From an uncultured Opitutales bacterium (lineage in GTDB: Bacteria > Verrucomicrobiota > Verrucomicrobiia > Opitutales > UBA2995), in assembly GCA_938075565.1 (NCBI GenBank), contig CALJGU010000153.1, positions 1,890-65,889 of the forward strand: a stretch of DNA of 64,000 bases. The letters run 5' to 3'. The translations under genes and the position numbers were made by a program. The notes below the pieces were generated by a model. It ran no database searches. It had not been told where the DNA came from and worked only from the letters and a program-made list of their open reading frames with translations. Positions 36,469-45,510 of this stretch are shown here, piece by piece (positions within the stretch are counted from its first letter, which is position 1; each line of letters begins with the position of its first letter).

Positions 36469-38028
36469 ATGTTTGATTTGCTGACCAAGAAGCGGGGCAA
36501 TTGGAAGGATGACATTCTTTCAGGCCTCACCGTTGCTCTAGCCCTCGTTCCCGAAGCGATTGCTTTCTCTTTTGCTGCTGGAGTGGATCCACTTGTTGGC
36601 CTTTGGGCGGCTGTATTCATGGGCTTCATTACGGCTTCCATTGGTGGTCGTCCGGGAATGATTTCTGGTGCCACGGGAGCCATCGCTGTGGTGGTTGGTA
36701 AAGCTGTACAATATGGAGACGCTCAAGGTGAAGGACTAGGGCTACAATATTTGTTTACGGTTATTATGCTGGCCGGTGTGATTCAAATTGCATTTGGCCT
36801 ACTTCGATTGGGTCGGTTTATCCGACTGGTGCCTCATCCTGTAATGATGGGTTTTGTGAACGGTCTCGCGATCGTGATCTTGATGGCCCAGTTTACGTCC
36901 TTCAAATCGCCAGATGGCTCGTGGTTGCCTCAAGATCAGCTTATGGTCATCGGTGCACTCATCGTGGTGACGATGTTGATCATCCAGTACTTCCCAAAAC
37001 TAACCAAGGCCGTCCCGTCTACTTTGATGGCCATTGTCAGTGTAGGCTTGGTCAGTTATTTCTGGGCTGATTCGAAAACCGTTTCGGATGTGCTCTACGA
37101 AGGTACCGGCAGCGGGGTACTCAGTGGCGCATTTCCTCTGCCATCAATTCCTACTGGCTTCATCGATTGGAACTGGGAAAGCATCAAGGTAATTGGAGGC
37201 ACCGCCCTCACGGTGGCCATGGTAGGTCTCATCGAATCCTTGATGACTCTACAATTGATTGATGATTTGACCGAGACTCGTGGACACGGGAATCGAGAGT
37301 GTATTGCCCAAGGTGGTGCTAACTTCATGTCCGGACTATTTGGTGGCATGGGTGGTTGCGCCATGATCGGCCAAAGTTTGATTAACATTAAATCAGGTGG
37401 CCGAGGACGAACTTCAGGTGTCGTCGCTGCCGTAGCGTTGGCCATTTTCATTATGGTTGGCGGACCGGTTATCGGGCAGATACCCATTGCAGCCTTAGTT
37501 GGAGTAATGTTCATGGTGGTCATTGGCACTTTTGAGTGGTCTACCTTTAAGACATTCGGGCGTGTCCCATTCTCTGAAATCTTTGTCATCCTAGCTGTGA
37601 CCTTGATCACCGTTTTCCTCCACAATCTGGCTCTTGCTGTAATTGCGGGAGTGATTTTGTCGGCCTTGGTCTTTGCATGGGAAAGCGCAAAACACGTGCG
37701 TTTGAATCCACAGGATCGTGATGATGGTGTGCGCGTTTATGCACTTCAGGGATTACTCTTTTTTGGTTCCGTTCGTGAATTCACTGAGCGGTTGTCTCCC
37801 AGTGAAGATCCAGACGAAATCATCATCGATTTTCTAGAAGCCCGCGTGTGTGACTACTCCAGTTTGGAGGCGCTGAATGCGCTCACCGAGCGCTACAAAA
37901 AATCTGGGAAACGGGTACGTTTGCGTCACCTAAGTCCGGATTGCCAAAAGCTTCTGAAGAGATCCGGTCCTTTGGTGGAAGTTGAAGTAGCTGAGGATGA
38001 CCCACACTACACGGTCGCACGGATTTAG
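36469..38028 (+). CDS. SulP family anion transporter with STAS domain
   Basis: DILSGLTVALALVPEAIAF, GGRPGMISGATG, GGMGGCAMIGQS, STAS motifs GLLFFGS and DYSSLEAL. Confidence 0.93.
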   Translation: MFDLLTKKRGNWKDDILSGLTVALALVPEAIAFSFAAGVDPLVGLWAAVFMGFITASIGGRPGMISGATGAIAVVVGKAVQYGDAQGEGLGLQYLFTVIMLAGVIQIAFGLLRLGRFIRLVPHPVMMGFVNGLAIVILMAQFTSFKSPDGSWLPQDQLMVIGALIVVTMLIIQYFPKLTKAVPSTLMAIVSVGLVSYFWADSKTVSDVLYEGTGSGVLSGAFPLPSIPTGFIDWNWESIKVIGGTALTVAMVGLIESLMTLQLIDDLTETRGHGNRECIAQGGANFMSGLFGGMGGCAMIGQSLINIKSGGRGRTSGVVAAVALAIFIMVGGPVIGQIPIAALVGVMFMVVIGTFEWSTFKTFGRVPFSEIFVILAVTLITVFLHNLALAVIAGVILSALVFAWESAKHVRLNPQDRDDGVRVYALQGLLFFGSVREFTERLSPSEDPDEIIIDFLEARVCDYSSLEALNALTERYKKSGKRVRLRHLSPDCQKLLKRSGPLVEVEVAEDDPHYTVARI

Positions 38029-39125
38029 TCTGACTCTTTCGTCTTTGGTAAATTTTCCTTTGTAGGAAAAATGCGGTTCATGTGACCGCTGACATAAAAG
38101 AATACCGCACCGCCTCCGATTAGGTAGAGGTGATAAGTAGAAAATCGCCAGAGAAGTAGTACTAGTCCGACCATGCTCTCAGGGACAAAACGGCTGAGGA
38201 TGAAATAGGTCGCTACTTCTACGCCGCCCCCTCCTCCAGGCAGGAACACAAGCATAGCGAATAAAAACAGAAAGCCTTGGATAAACAGGAGCGGAAACGG
38301 ATTTTTCAGGCTACCAAATGCCAGTAAGATAAGTGGGAGGGCCCCGTAGCGGCATAGCCACTGAACAGAGGCCAAACAAAAATTGATGACGAGGGCACTG
38401 CGGCGCCTGCGGAAAAGGAAACGTGTAATGAGCCAAGTTCGCCGCATGCTTCGCTTTAGCTCCCAGCGGAAGTGGCGAAATTTTCCAGGCCAGCGACGAC
38501 GTCTTCCGGTCGGAGTAGCCGTGGCAATCGCGTGAATGACTTTGGACCAGAGTCCGGTCTGAAAAAAGACAACCATTCCAATCAGTCCTGCTAGAACCAA
38601 TCCGCCGGCCAAGGCCATCTGCCATCCTGGAAGCTCTGTGAACATGGACGTCCAGTTTTGATCGCGGAAGATAAAGAAAATCGCGATGGGCGTAAGCAAG
38701 CCGAAGAATGTTAAGTCGACGACTACATCGGCGGCCAACATAGAGGCGCTGGTTGTAAGAGGGACGTGGGCTTTCTTTAGCAAATATAAGCGAAGGGCTG
38801 TACCTCCCATACCTGCCGGAGAGGCTGCTATTCCAAACTCTGTCGACATGGAAACAGAGATTGCTTGCTTATAGGTTAGCTGGTGACCCAACGCTTTGGA
38901 ATTGATCCATATGCGGCCCCCGTTACAAAGCCAGGCAATGAAAATGCAGACGAGGATTATTGGGGCAAAGATCCAGTTGAATTGGGCAATGTGGTTCCAT
39001 GTTTCGCTCTCAACTGTGAAGAACAAAATTACAACTGTGGCCAAGATACATAACGTAACACCCTGCAGGCCATAGCGCAGATATTTTCCCAGCCTTGGGG
39101 ATGAGTTATTTTGTATATCCGCCAT
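38025..39125 (-). CDS. Lysylphosphatidylglycerol-synthase TM/flippase-like (UPF0104) protein
   Basis: Multi-TM; ASPAGMGG, LPGGGGG.E, LLWRFSTY. Confidence 0.85.
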   Translation of the reverse strand: MADIQNNSSPRLGKYLRYGLQGVTLCILATVVILFFTVESETWNHIAQFNWIFAPIILVCIFIAWLCNGGRIWINSKALGHQLTYKQAISVSMSTEFGIAASPAGMGGTALRLYLLKKAHVPLTTSASMLAADVVVDLTFFGLLTPIAIFFIFRDQNWTSMFTELPGWQMALAGGLVLAGLIGMVVFFQTGLWSKVIHAIATATPTGRRRRWPGKFRHFRWELKRSMRRTWLITRFLFRRRRSALVINFCLASVQWLCRYGALPLILLAFGSLKNPFPLLFIQGFLFLFAMLVFLPGGGGGVEVATYFILSRFVPESMVGLVLLLWRFSTYHLYLIGGGAVFFYVSGHMNRIFPTKENLPKTKESD

Positions 39126-39131
39126 TCCTGA

Positions 39132-39905
39132 CTAGCTAGCTGCCAGGGTCACAGGTGTTTGTTGATCCAGTGGGATCAGATCACGATAGGTAGCACACGT
39201 CCTGTTGCTTAAGGCCTTTTCTAAAACGCTGTATAAATGAGCTTCAATATCGGGGTAGGAAAAATCGATCGGGTGAACCGCAAAGCGCAGCACATGTGCG
39301 TTGCGGTTGTAGGCATGAAAAAAGTTTATCCAGAGCTTGGATACGATTCTACGCCAGGCGCTGCGCGAACTGTAAACGAGGGTAGGTGCTTTTATGAAAA
39401 TGTTTGATGAGGTTAACTCCACACCATCCCAAAGCGTATTATAGAGGAATCCTGTATCACGAATAGTTTGTTTTGCTTCCTCGCTGCATAACCAAGCGGG
39501 TGCGGTAAAGCCATGAACAGTAAGGTCTTGAGGGTGAAATAAGCGCATTCCTGCCTCGAGCTTTTCCTGGGCTTGTTCGCTCGATAATTGATAAAACTCG
39601 CCTTCACCCTGTGTGTAAACATTGCCCTTCATTTGTTGAAACCACCCACCGCGGACTCGCTCTGCATGATGGTAGTAGCCATGCAGACAAAGATCGAAAT
39701 CATCAGAAGACAGGGACTGTAGCCAGGAGACAAACTCCGGGTTCTCTGTAAAGGGAGGAGCTCCGTGATACTGAGGGATGACGAGTAAAGACATCTTGTT
39801 GGCACCAAATTCTTGGCATCGTTCAATGAAGCCTTTGCAAGCTTCCCAGGAGCCGGGATGCAAATCGTGGAATGAGATAATCAACTGTTTCTGCTCGGTA
39901 TTCAT
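39132..39905 (-). CDS. DUF2334 polysaccharide deacetylase family protein
   Basis: ISFHD, LLVIP, LHGYYH, EGEF, GFTAPAW, FAVHP; probable start 39905 overlaps the upstream stop codon (ATGA). Confidence 0.88.
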   Translation of the reverse strand: MNTEQKQLIISFHDLHPGSWEACKGFIERCQEFGANKMSLLVIPQYHGAPPFTENPEFVSWLQSLSSDDFDLCLHGYYHHAERVRGGWFQQMKGNVYTQGEGEFYQLSSEQAQEKLEAGMRLFHPQDLTVHGFTAPAWLCSEEAKQTIRDTGFLYNTLWDGVELTSSNIFIKAPTLVYSSRSAWRRIVSKLWINFFHAYNRNAHVLRFAVHPIDFSYPDIEAHLYSVLEKALSNRTCATYRDLIPLDQQTPVTLAAS

Positions 39906-40582
39906 TTTACGGCTGGCAGAGGTGGGTCGTCCTTCTTTTCGAACTCGTTGTAAATCGTAGCTACCCACACCTGTTGGTCGTAGTAGTCTTTGAATTTGGT
40001 GACTTCTTTTCTATCTATGAATTTGAAGCCATAGCGCTCGAAGACTTTTTCGGATCGTCGATCTTCATAGACCTGCATCTGTCCGTACACTCCTTTGAAA
40101 CCCAATTTTGCAACTCGATTAACGAATGGGAAAATTAACCTTCGTCCCGCAATCCCCGTACGAAATTCCGTATACATATTGATATGAAAATGAGCGGCCT
40201 CTGGAACACTCTTTGGAGTTTGCCCTGCTGCCTTGAATAGAAACCAGCTCAAAAACTTAATGGAAGCCATGTTGTATTGGAGCGTGATTATTCGTCCCAA
40301 TATTTTGGGTACGGTTCGGGTGATGATTAGCCAGAGCTGCTTGCGGTTAACTGAATTGAAATCTAGGCAGCCGAGTAAGTAGCCCACTACTCGCCCTTCA
40401 TCCTCCGCCACCAGAGCATTTTCGGGTTCTTTGTCTGTGTAGTAACGAGTGAAGAAATCCGCAAACGCATCGCGATCGATGTATACGGGGTCAATAGGCT
40501 TTCCCATAAAGCCAGTGTCGCAACAAATCTCGCGGACCGCTTGGCGATCACTGGGTGAGTAGGGCCGAATCTTCAGACTCAT
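39902..40582 (-). CDS. GNAT family N-acetyltransferase
   Basis: IRPYSPSDRQAVREICCDT, LVAEDEGRVVGYL, AHFHIN...FR.GI, FERYGF; start at 40582 or 40591. Confidence 0.8.
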   Translation of the reverse strand: MSLKIRPYSPSDRQAVREICCDTGFMGKPIDPVYIDRDAFADFFTRYYTDKEPENALVAEDEGRVVGYLLGCLDFNSVNRKQLWLIITRTVPKILGRIITLQYNMASIKFLSWFLFKAAGQTPKSVPEAAHFHINMYTEFRTGIAGRRLIFPFVNRVAKLGFKGVYGQMQVYEDRRSEKVFERYGFKFIDRKEVTKFKDYYDQQVWVATIYNEFEKKDDPPLPAVK

Positions 40583-41792
40583 GCTTTCCAATCTTAGCTG
40601 CGTTTCCGCTTAAGGTATGCTTTTGGGCGAGTTCAGAGTAGAGGGCGGTCATTTTTGAAAAAGTAGCATTCCAGGAGAACGTTTTCTCCATATTCTGGCG
40701 TCGGAGTCCACGTTCAATCTCTGTTTCTTCGAGCTCCCAAATTTCACCCACTGCCTCTGCCAATGTTTTTCCTGAAATATCTTTGGCCATGATCAAAGGA
40801 GATTCATTTTTAAGGCCTTCATCAAGGCCACCTCCCCGAATGGCCAGTACCCTTGTCCCACATGCCTGAGCTTCAAGAGATACCAATCCAAACGTTTCAC
40901 AATCACCTGCGTGAACAAACAGATCAGCGGCGGAGTAAAAATCCGCAAGGCGCTCAGGAGAATCGCTGAAATGCATCCAGCTAATGTTTTTCTCTTCGCG
41001 GGATTTTTGTCGCACTTTGTCCCGCCATTCGCCGTCACCGAGCAAAGCCAAATGATGTGGCTCGGGTCGCTTCTTCAGCTCTTCCATCATATCAAATAAA
41101 CTTCGAATATTCTTTTCCCGGGCGAGACGTCCTACGAATAACAATAGTTTGGTGTCCTTTGATATTCCTATCTCTTTGAAGATTCGGGCTCTGCTATCAC
41201 GTGGGGTGAATGCTTTCAGGTTGGTTCCCAACGCAATCTGCCGTAGATTCTGAATCCCAATGTCATCGAGAGCTTGGTAGCACCGTTTGCTTGAGACGAC
41301 TGTAGCGGACATCCGGTTGTAGAGCTTTATCAGGTAACGTTGGATCAATGGGGAGACCAGACTTTCAATATAGGGTCCGGTGTATTTCCGAAGCGTCCGA
41401 TCCAGAGCACGCGGGTAGTCGGAATGATAAAATGCAACGATGGGTATTTGATTTTGTTTTGCCGCCTCTAGCCCTATCCAAGCAGCTCGGTAAGGATCGC
41501 CTACTTCGATGATGTCAGGTTGCTCTTGAGCGATTGCCTGCAAAATCTTCTTTTTCCCAACCAGCATGCGGTAGCTGTTTGATCCAATCAGCTTTGGGCT
41601 TTTAATTTCGTAGAACGAGGTGCGCCCTTCGTGGGTGATTGCATTGCGGTGCGATGGGATTACCAAGCAATGCGAGTGAGGGGTATGCTCTAACAGGTAT
41701 GCGATTTTTTCGTGAACATAGCGCCTTACACCACCACTTAAGGTGCTGTAAAATTGTACGACATCACAAATTTTTAGGGCTTGGGACTCCAT
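40548..41792 (-). CDS. GT-B glycosyltransferase family 4
   Basis: DVVQFYSTLSGGVRRY, LLFVGRLAREKN, FVHAGDCETFGLVSLEAQACG. Confidence 0.92.
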   Translation of the reverse strand: MESQALKICDVVQFYSTLSGGVRRYVHEKIAYLLEHTPHSHCLVIPSHRNAITHEGRTSFYEIKSPKLIGSNSYRMLVGKKKILQAIAQEQPDIIEVGDPYRAAWIGLEAAKQNQIPIVAFYHSDYPRALDRTLRKYTGPYIESLVSPLIQRYLIKLYNRMSATVVSSKRCYQALDDIGIQNLRQIALGTNLKAFTPRDSRARIFKEIGISKDTKLLLFVGRLAREKNIRSLFDMMEELKKRPEPHHLALLGDGEWRDKVRQKSREEKNISWMHFSDSPERLADFYSAADLFVHAGDCETFGLVSLEAQACGTRVLAIRGGGLDEGLKNESPLIMAKDISGKTLAEAVGEIWELEETEIERGLRRQNMEKTFSWNATFSKMTALYSELAQKHTLSGNAAKIGKHESEDSALLTQ

Positions 41793-41926
41793 TGATAGGA
41801 TAGAAGACCAAATAGTGTTCAGAGGCGGGTCTTCACTGGCAACTGATTTTTCAGCACCTGGTCAGAAGCTTTAGCTGAAGATTGGCCCTGTGAAGTGGAT
41901 ACCTGAATACAGCCAAACCTTTACCG

Positions 41927-42394
41927 CTAAAGGCCTAGTTCTGAAAGGGCAATCTTGACCACCACCTTCTTAATCATTTGTGGAGCTCCCACAGCAAGCT
42001 GGGGCATATGGCAATCCTGAGGCAACAAATAGGCAAATGAGCCAGGATAAACGTCTACCAGAGTAGGGATGGTCTCAGTTGTGTTGTAGAACGTTACATC
42101 TCTATCCTCCTCGTAATCGGTAGTGGCGTTAAGGCCTTCTGTTTGTACCACTGCAATACCTTCAGCTCCTACCAGAGTGCTTTGGATATCGGCGTATTTC
42201 TTGTGCGCTTCAAACTTGGCCTGGTCTGGATCCTTCGTTTCATAGCTCATGACGATGGCAAATATGGATTTGCCGTCGATGGGGTAGTCGCCATCAGCGG
42301 TATCTGCGTTGATGGTTTCTAGAAATGCGAAAGCCTTATCCCAAGCTGGGCCCAAAGAATAACTATTAGCGTTGGCGATGGTATCTGTGATCAT
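41927..42394 (-). CDS. YhcH/YjgK/YiaL (NanQ-like) family protein
   Basis: FEAHKKYADIQ, F.YLLPQDCHMP, IKKVVVK. Confidence 0.92.
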   Translation of the reverse strand: MITDTIANANSYSLGPAWDKAFAFLETINADTADGDYPIDGKSIFAIVMSYETKDPDQAKFEAHKKYADIQSTLVGAEGIAVVQTEGLNATTDYEEDRDVTFYNTTETIPTLVDVYPGSFAYLLPQDCHMPQLAVGAPQMIKKVVVKIALSELGL

Positions 42395-42515
42395 TCAATT
42401 TTTCCGATATATAGGGTTTAAGTAAATCGCGTGTAAATTAAAGGGTGCCATTTCAGAGTTTTTGACCTGCCCAACTTCAGCTCCAAAGTTGGGTAATTAC
42501 TAATCAGCACAAGTC

Positions 42516-42986
42516 TTGAAGAGATCAAAGCAAAAAGTCAGCGGTTTTACCCTCGTGGAAATTGTGATCGTCGTAGTCATCATAGGATTACTAGCGACCA
42601 TGGCGTATCCCGTATTTATACAAGTTAAGAATCATTCGCAGGCATCTCGGATTGCAAATGACTTTCGCGCATTTTCCGGCTTGTTCGAAACCTACATGCT
42701 CGACAATGGGGTTTACCCGGCCGATGCGTCGCCTGGAGCAATTCCAACTGGTATGGAAGATTACATCAAATCATCCAACTGGTCGGAGCCATCTCCTATT
42801 GGTGGTAACTACGATTGGTTCTATAATGGAGTAGGCTCCGGTGGAATAGTGGCTGCGGTTTCTATTACTAGCTATACCTCAGGCGATGACCCAATCAGCA
42901 AACTGGACGAGATTATGGATGATGGAAATCTCGGAACGGGGATTATTCAGAAGAACGGCGGCGCGGTTATATATATCATCGAATAG
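42516..42986 (+). CDS. Type IV pilin-like protein (prepilin N-methylation motif)
   Basis: KVSG|FTLVEIVIVVVIIGLLATMAYP; TTG start. Confidence 0.92.
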   Translation: MKRSKQKVSGFTLVEIVIVVVIIGLLATMAYPVFIQVKNHSQASRIANDFRAFSGLFETYMLDNGVYPADASPGAIPTGMEDYIKSSNWSEPSPIGGNYDWFYNGVGSGGIVAAVSITSYTSGDDPISKLDEIMDDGNLGTGIIQKNGGAVIYIIE

Positions 42987-43142
42987 CTGTATTCCATTTC
43001 GAGACTTCAAGTCGTTTGGAATGGAGAAAAGTCCCGGGGATTCTGGAGTTTTGTAAGAAGAACGTAAATGGATCTAGAACTATTGTTGCCCACCTCTTTA
43101 TAGAGCTAGCTTGGTCTTGTTCAATATACCTGAAATAGTCCT

Positions 43143-43621
43143 ATGAAACCAAGTAACACAACTTTAGTTTTCAAAACAAAACGCGGTTTTACGCTTGTGG
43201 AAATCATGATCGTCGTGGCCATTATTGGCATTCTTGCCGCCATGGCAGGTGTCGTTTTAAGCACACCCGTGACCTCTTTATAGCTACCCGTGTTGCCAAC
43301 GATCTCCGTGTCTTTGCAGATGAATTCCAGACCTACACTCTAGAGAACGGATCGTATCCAGCCGATGTTGGACCAGGCACCGTTCCATCAGGAATGGAAG
43401 ACTATATAAAAACGAGTGTGTTCACCTCCGAAACTCCCGCTGGAGGAAGATACGATTGGGATGAAGGCGTCTTCGGAATCACCGCTGGTGTATCGCTTCA
43501 AAACCCATCTGTAGACAATACGGTTCTAGTCGAAATCGACAAGATCGTCGACGATGGCAATCTAAACTCTGGATTTGTCCGAAGTCGTCCTGGCGGACTG
43601 CTTTATATTATTGAGGGTTAA
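43143..43621 (+). pseudogene. Second pilin paralog split by a one-base frameshift
   Basis: KRG|FTLVEIMIVVAIIGILAAMAGVV runs into TAG at 43281-43283. The -1 frame continues FKHTRDLFIATRVANDLRVF...YPAD...GMEDYIK...DDGNL...YIIEG, collinear with pilin 1. One extra T in the TTTT at 43255-43258 restores a 159-aa ORF. Confidence 0.88.
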
Positions 43622-43645
43622 ATTTTTTATCTGTCTACCAAATGT

Positions 43646-43676
43646 GTCCCGGTCAGAGATGGCCGGGACTTTTTTT
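43646..43676 (+). terminator. Intrinsic terminator after the pilin pair
   Basis: GTCCCGGTC-AGAGAT-GGCCGGGAC-TTTTTTT. Confidence 0.9.
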
Positions 43677-43816
43677 ATGCTGTGAGGTAAATTCTCAGTA
43701 AACGGATTTGCAGGTGTTGAGTGAGGTGAGGCGACATATATCTTTATTGGATACTACAGGCGGACAAAAGTTCTGATAACAAACTTCGATTTTTTAACTA
43801 GTCGCCGCAGTATGTG

Positions 43817-43847
43817 ACCCCGGTCCCAGTGACCGGGGTTTCTTGTT
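43817..43847 (+). terminator. Second intrinsic terminator in the same intergenic region
   Basis: ACCCCGGTC-CCAGT-GACCGGGGT-TTCTTGTT (perfect 9-bp stem). Confidence 0.7.
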
Positions 43848-43986
43848 CTGCGACTGGAGTATCGGAGAAATCCGGCTTACCAAAATTATAGACCATACTG
43901 TTTGTAGCCATTGCTCCCATTCATATTACTGATTTTCAGAATACACCCGGATGGATAAATTTCTGTTGTGGCAGATCGGGTAGGTT

Positions 43987-45510
43987 TTGAAGCTTTGGTT
44001 TATGCGTCTTCCGAAACCTTTTGCTTATCCTACCTATGCTCCTTATCTGTTGGTTGTCTTTTTTGTCACCAAAGCAGCGATAACTGGTACGTGGGTGGTG
44101 CGCCCTTGGGACGTCCCAGACGAAGTGGGGCATTTTTCTTATATTCAGGACATCGCAACCGGGAAAGGCATTCCTGTACTACACGAAACACTGATCAATC
44201 ATGAGCTATGGAAGGACTTTGCTCGGAATACTGAAGTGGCTACTGCGAGTAACTGGATTGCCCAACATCCACCGGTCTATCACATCTTAATGGTTCCGGC
44301 CTATTGGATAGGCTCACTATTTGGAGAATCCTTCTGGGGAGCTTTTTACTTCATCCGACTTCTGACCGCCTGTATTTTCGGAGTGGGAATTTTTATTTTG
44401 CTTAAAGCGTTTCGTGAGGCGGAATTATCGGCACCCGTATCTCTTGGGCTGGGGATAATGCTCGCTTGCATACCAAATCATACTTTTTTGGCCGGTTCGG
44501 TAAATCATGATGCCCTGGTCTTTTTGTGTGGGAGCTTAGCGTTATTCTTTTTAATCCGGTACACCAAGCGCGGCGTGGGCTCCGATTTGCTCCTTCTAGG
44601 TCTGGTGCTCGGCTGTGGTGGGTTGGTCAAGTATACATTTTTGGTAATTATTCCTCCGGCCCTTGGATGGGTGGGGTTCGTTCTATGGCGTAGCAAAAAG
44701 AGTTCGCCCAAATCGATCGCTATGTTTCTTGGACTGGTGATGGGTCCTATCACTTTGTGGATGTTGCGAAATGGGATCATATTTGGAGAGCTGCTTCCTT
44801 TGGATACCTCAGGCTTTCATTCTGAGCAGCCATTGGAGATGGGCGTTCTGGAGTTCGGGCAATCTTTTCCCATCTTGTCTATCATCACCCGGAGCTATTG
44901 GGGGCTTCTTGGTTGGTTGGGTGACGGTACGCTAGAAGTCAGATGGCTGCAGGTATATTCTCTTTATCAGCAAGTGTTCACTTGGCCGGTGATTATCCTG
45001 TTGGTTCTGACTTTATTTTACTTAGTGAAAGAAAAGTTCAGGGATGAGGCCTGGATGCGCTTCTGTGTCGTTGGTTCAGTGGTGGCCGTTTTATCCTTTG
45101 TTTCTACAGGTTGGTGGAAATTGGAGCACTGGTTCTATCTTCCTCTATTTTTTCTCGCCGTCGCTATTGTCGGTTGGCGAATGGGAGAAGTGATAAATTG
45201 CGTCCGGACTCGCAAAGTGGATTCCGTTTTAGTGACTGATATGGGTGCGGTCTTAGTGTGCCTGTTTTTTCTGATCGTTCATCTCTACAAAATTTATTCC
45301 TACAGTCTGCCAAGTGGAGTCCTTCAAGGTTCGTTTGGGCGGTATTACATCTTTCTCGTTGGATTTTTTCTCGTTGGATTTTTGGGAAAAGGGGTGAGGA
45401 GCTTTCCCATAGCTGCACCTCTTGTATTGGGGTTTTCCATTCTTTACTCGTCTGTCGAATTGTATGTCTGGCTTCACGAGGTCATTCCTTTCTTTTACGT
45501 GTATGACTAA
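43987..45510 (+). CDS. GT-C fold membrane glycosyltransferase (DUF2142/PMT-ArnT-like)
   Basis: Multi-TM; PWDVPDEVGH, QHPPVYH, VNHDAL, LVKYT, QGSFGRYY; start may be 44002. Confidence 0.8.
   Translation: MKLWFMRLPKPFAYPTYAPYLLVVFFVTKAAITGTWVVRPWDVPDEVGHFSYIQDIATGKGIPVLHETLINHELWKDFARNTEVATASNWIAQHPPVYHILMVPAYWIGSLFGESFWGAFYFIRLLTACIFGVGIFILLKAFREAELSAPVSLGLGIMLACIPNHTFLAGSVNHDALVFLCGSLALFFLIRYTKRGVGSDLLLLGLVLGCGGLVKYTFLVIIPPALGWVGFVLWRSKKSSPKSIAMFLGLVMGPITLWMLRNGIIFGELLPLDTSGFHSEQPLEMGVLEFGQSFPILSIITRSYWGLLGWLGDGTLEVRWLQVYSLYQQVFTWPVIILLVLTLFYLVKEKFRDEAWMRFCVVGSVVAVLSFVSTGWWKLEHWFYLPLFFLAVAIVGWRMGEVINCVRTRKVDSVLVTDMGAVLVCLFFLIVHLYKIYSYSLPSGVLQGSFGRYYIFLVGFFLVGFLGKGVRSFPIAAPLVLGFSILYSSVELYVWLHEVIPFFYVYD

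Noticed and set aside
43251-43263. Programmed -1 ribosomal frameshift in pilin 2
   Set aside because: GTT TTA AGC does not fit an X-XXY-YYZ slippery heptamer, and no strong downstream stimulator is evident.
43092-43283. 12-bp direct repeat ACCTCTTTATAG at 43092 and 43272 as a recombination site
   Set aside because: No recombinase nearby, and one such local match is plausible by chance in 64 kb.
42516-43621. DGR or silent-cassette antigenic variation of pilins
   Set aside because: No reverse transcriptase or template repeat; the paralogs are diverged throughout at the DNA level.
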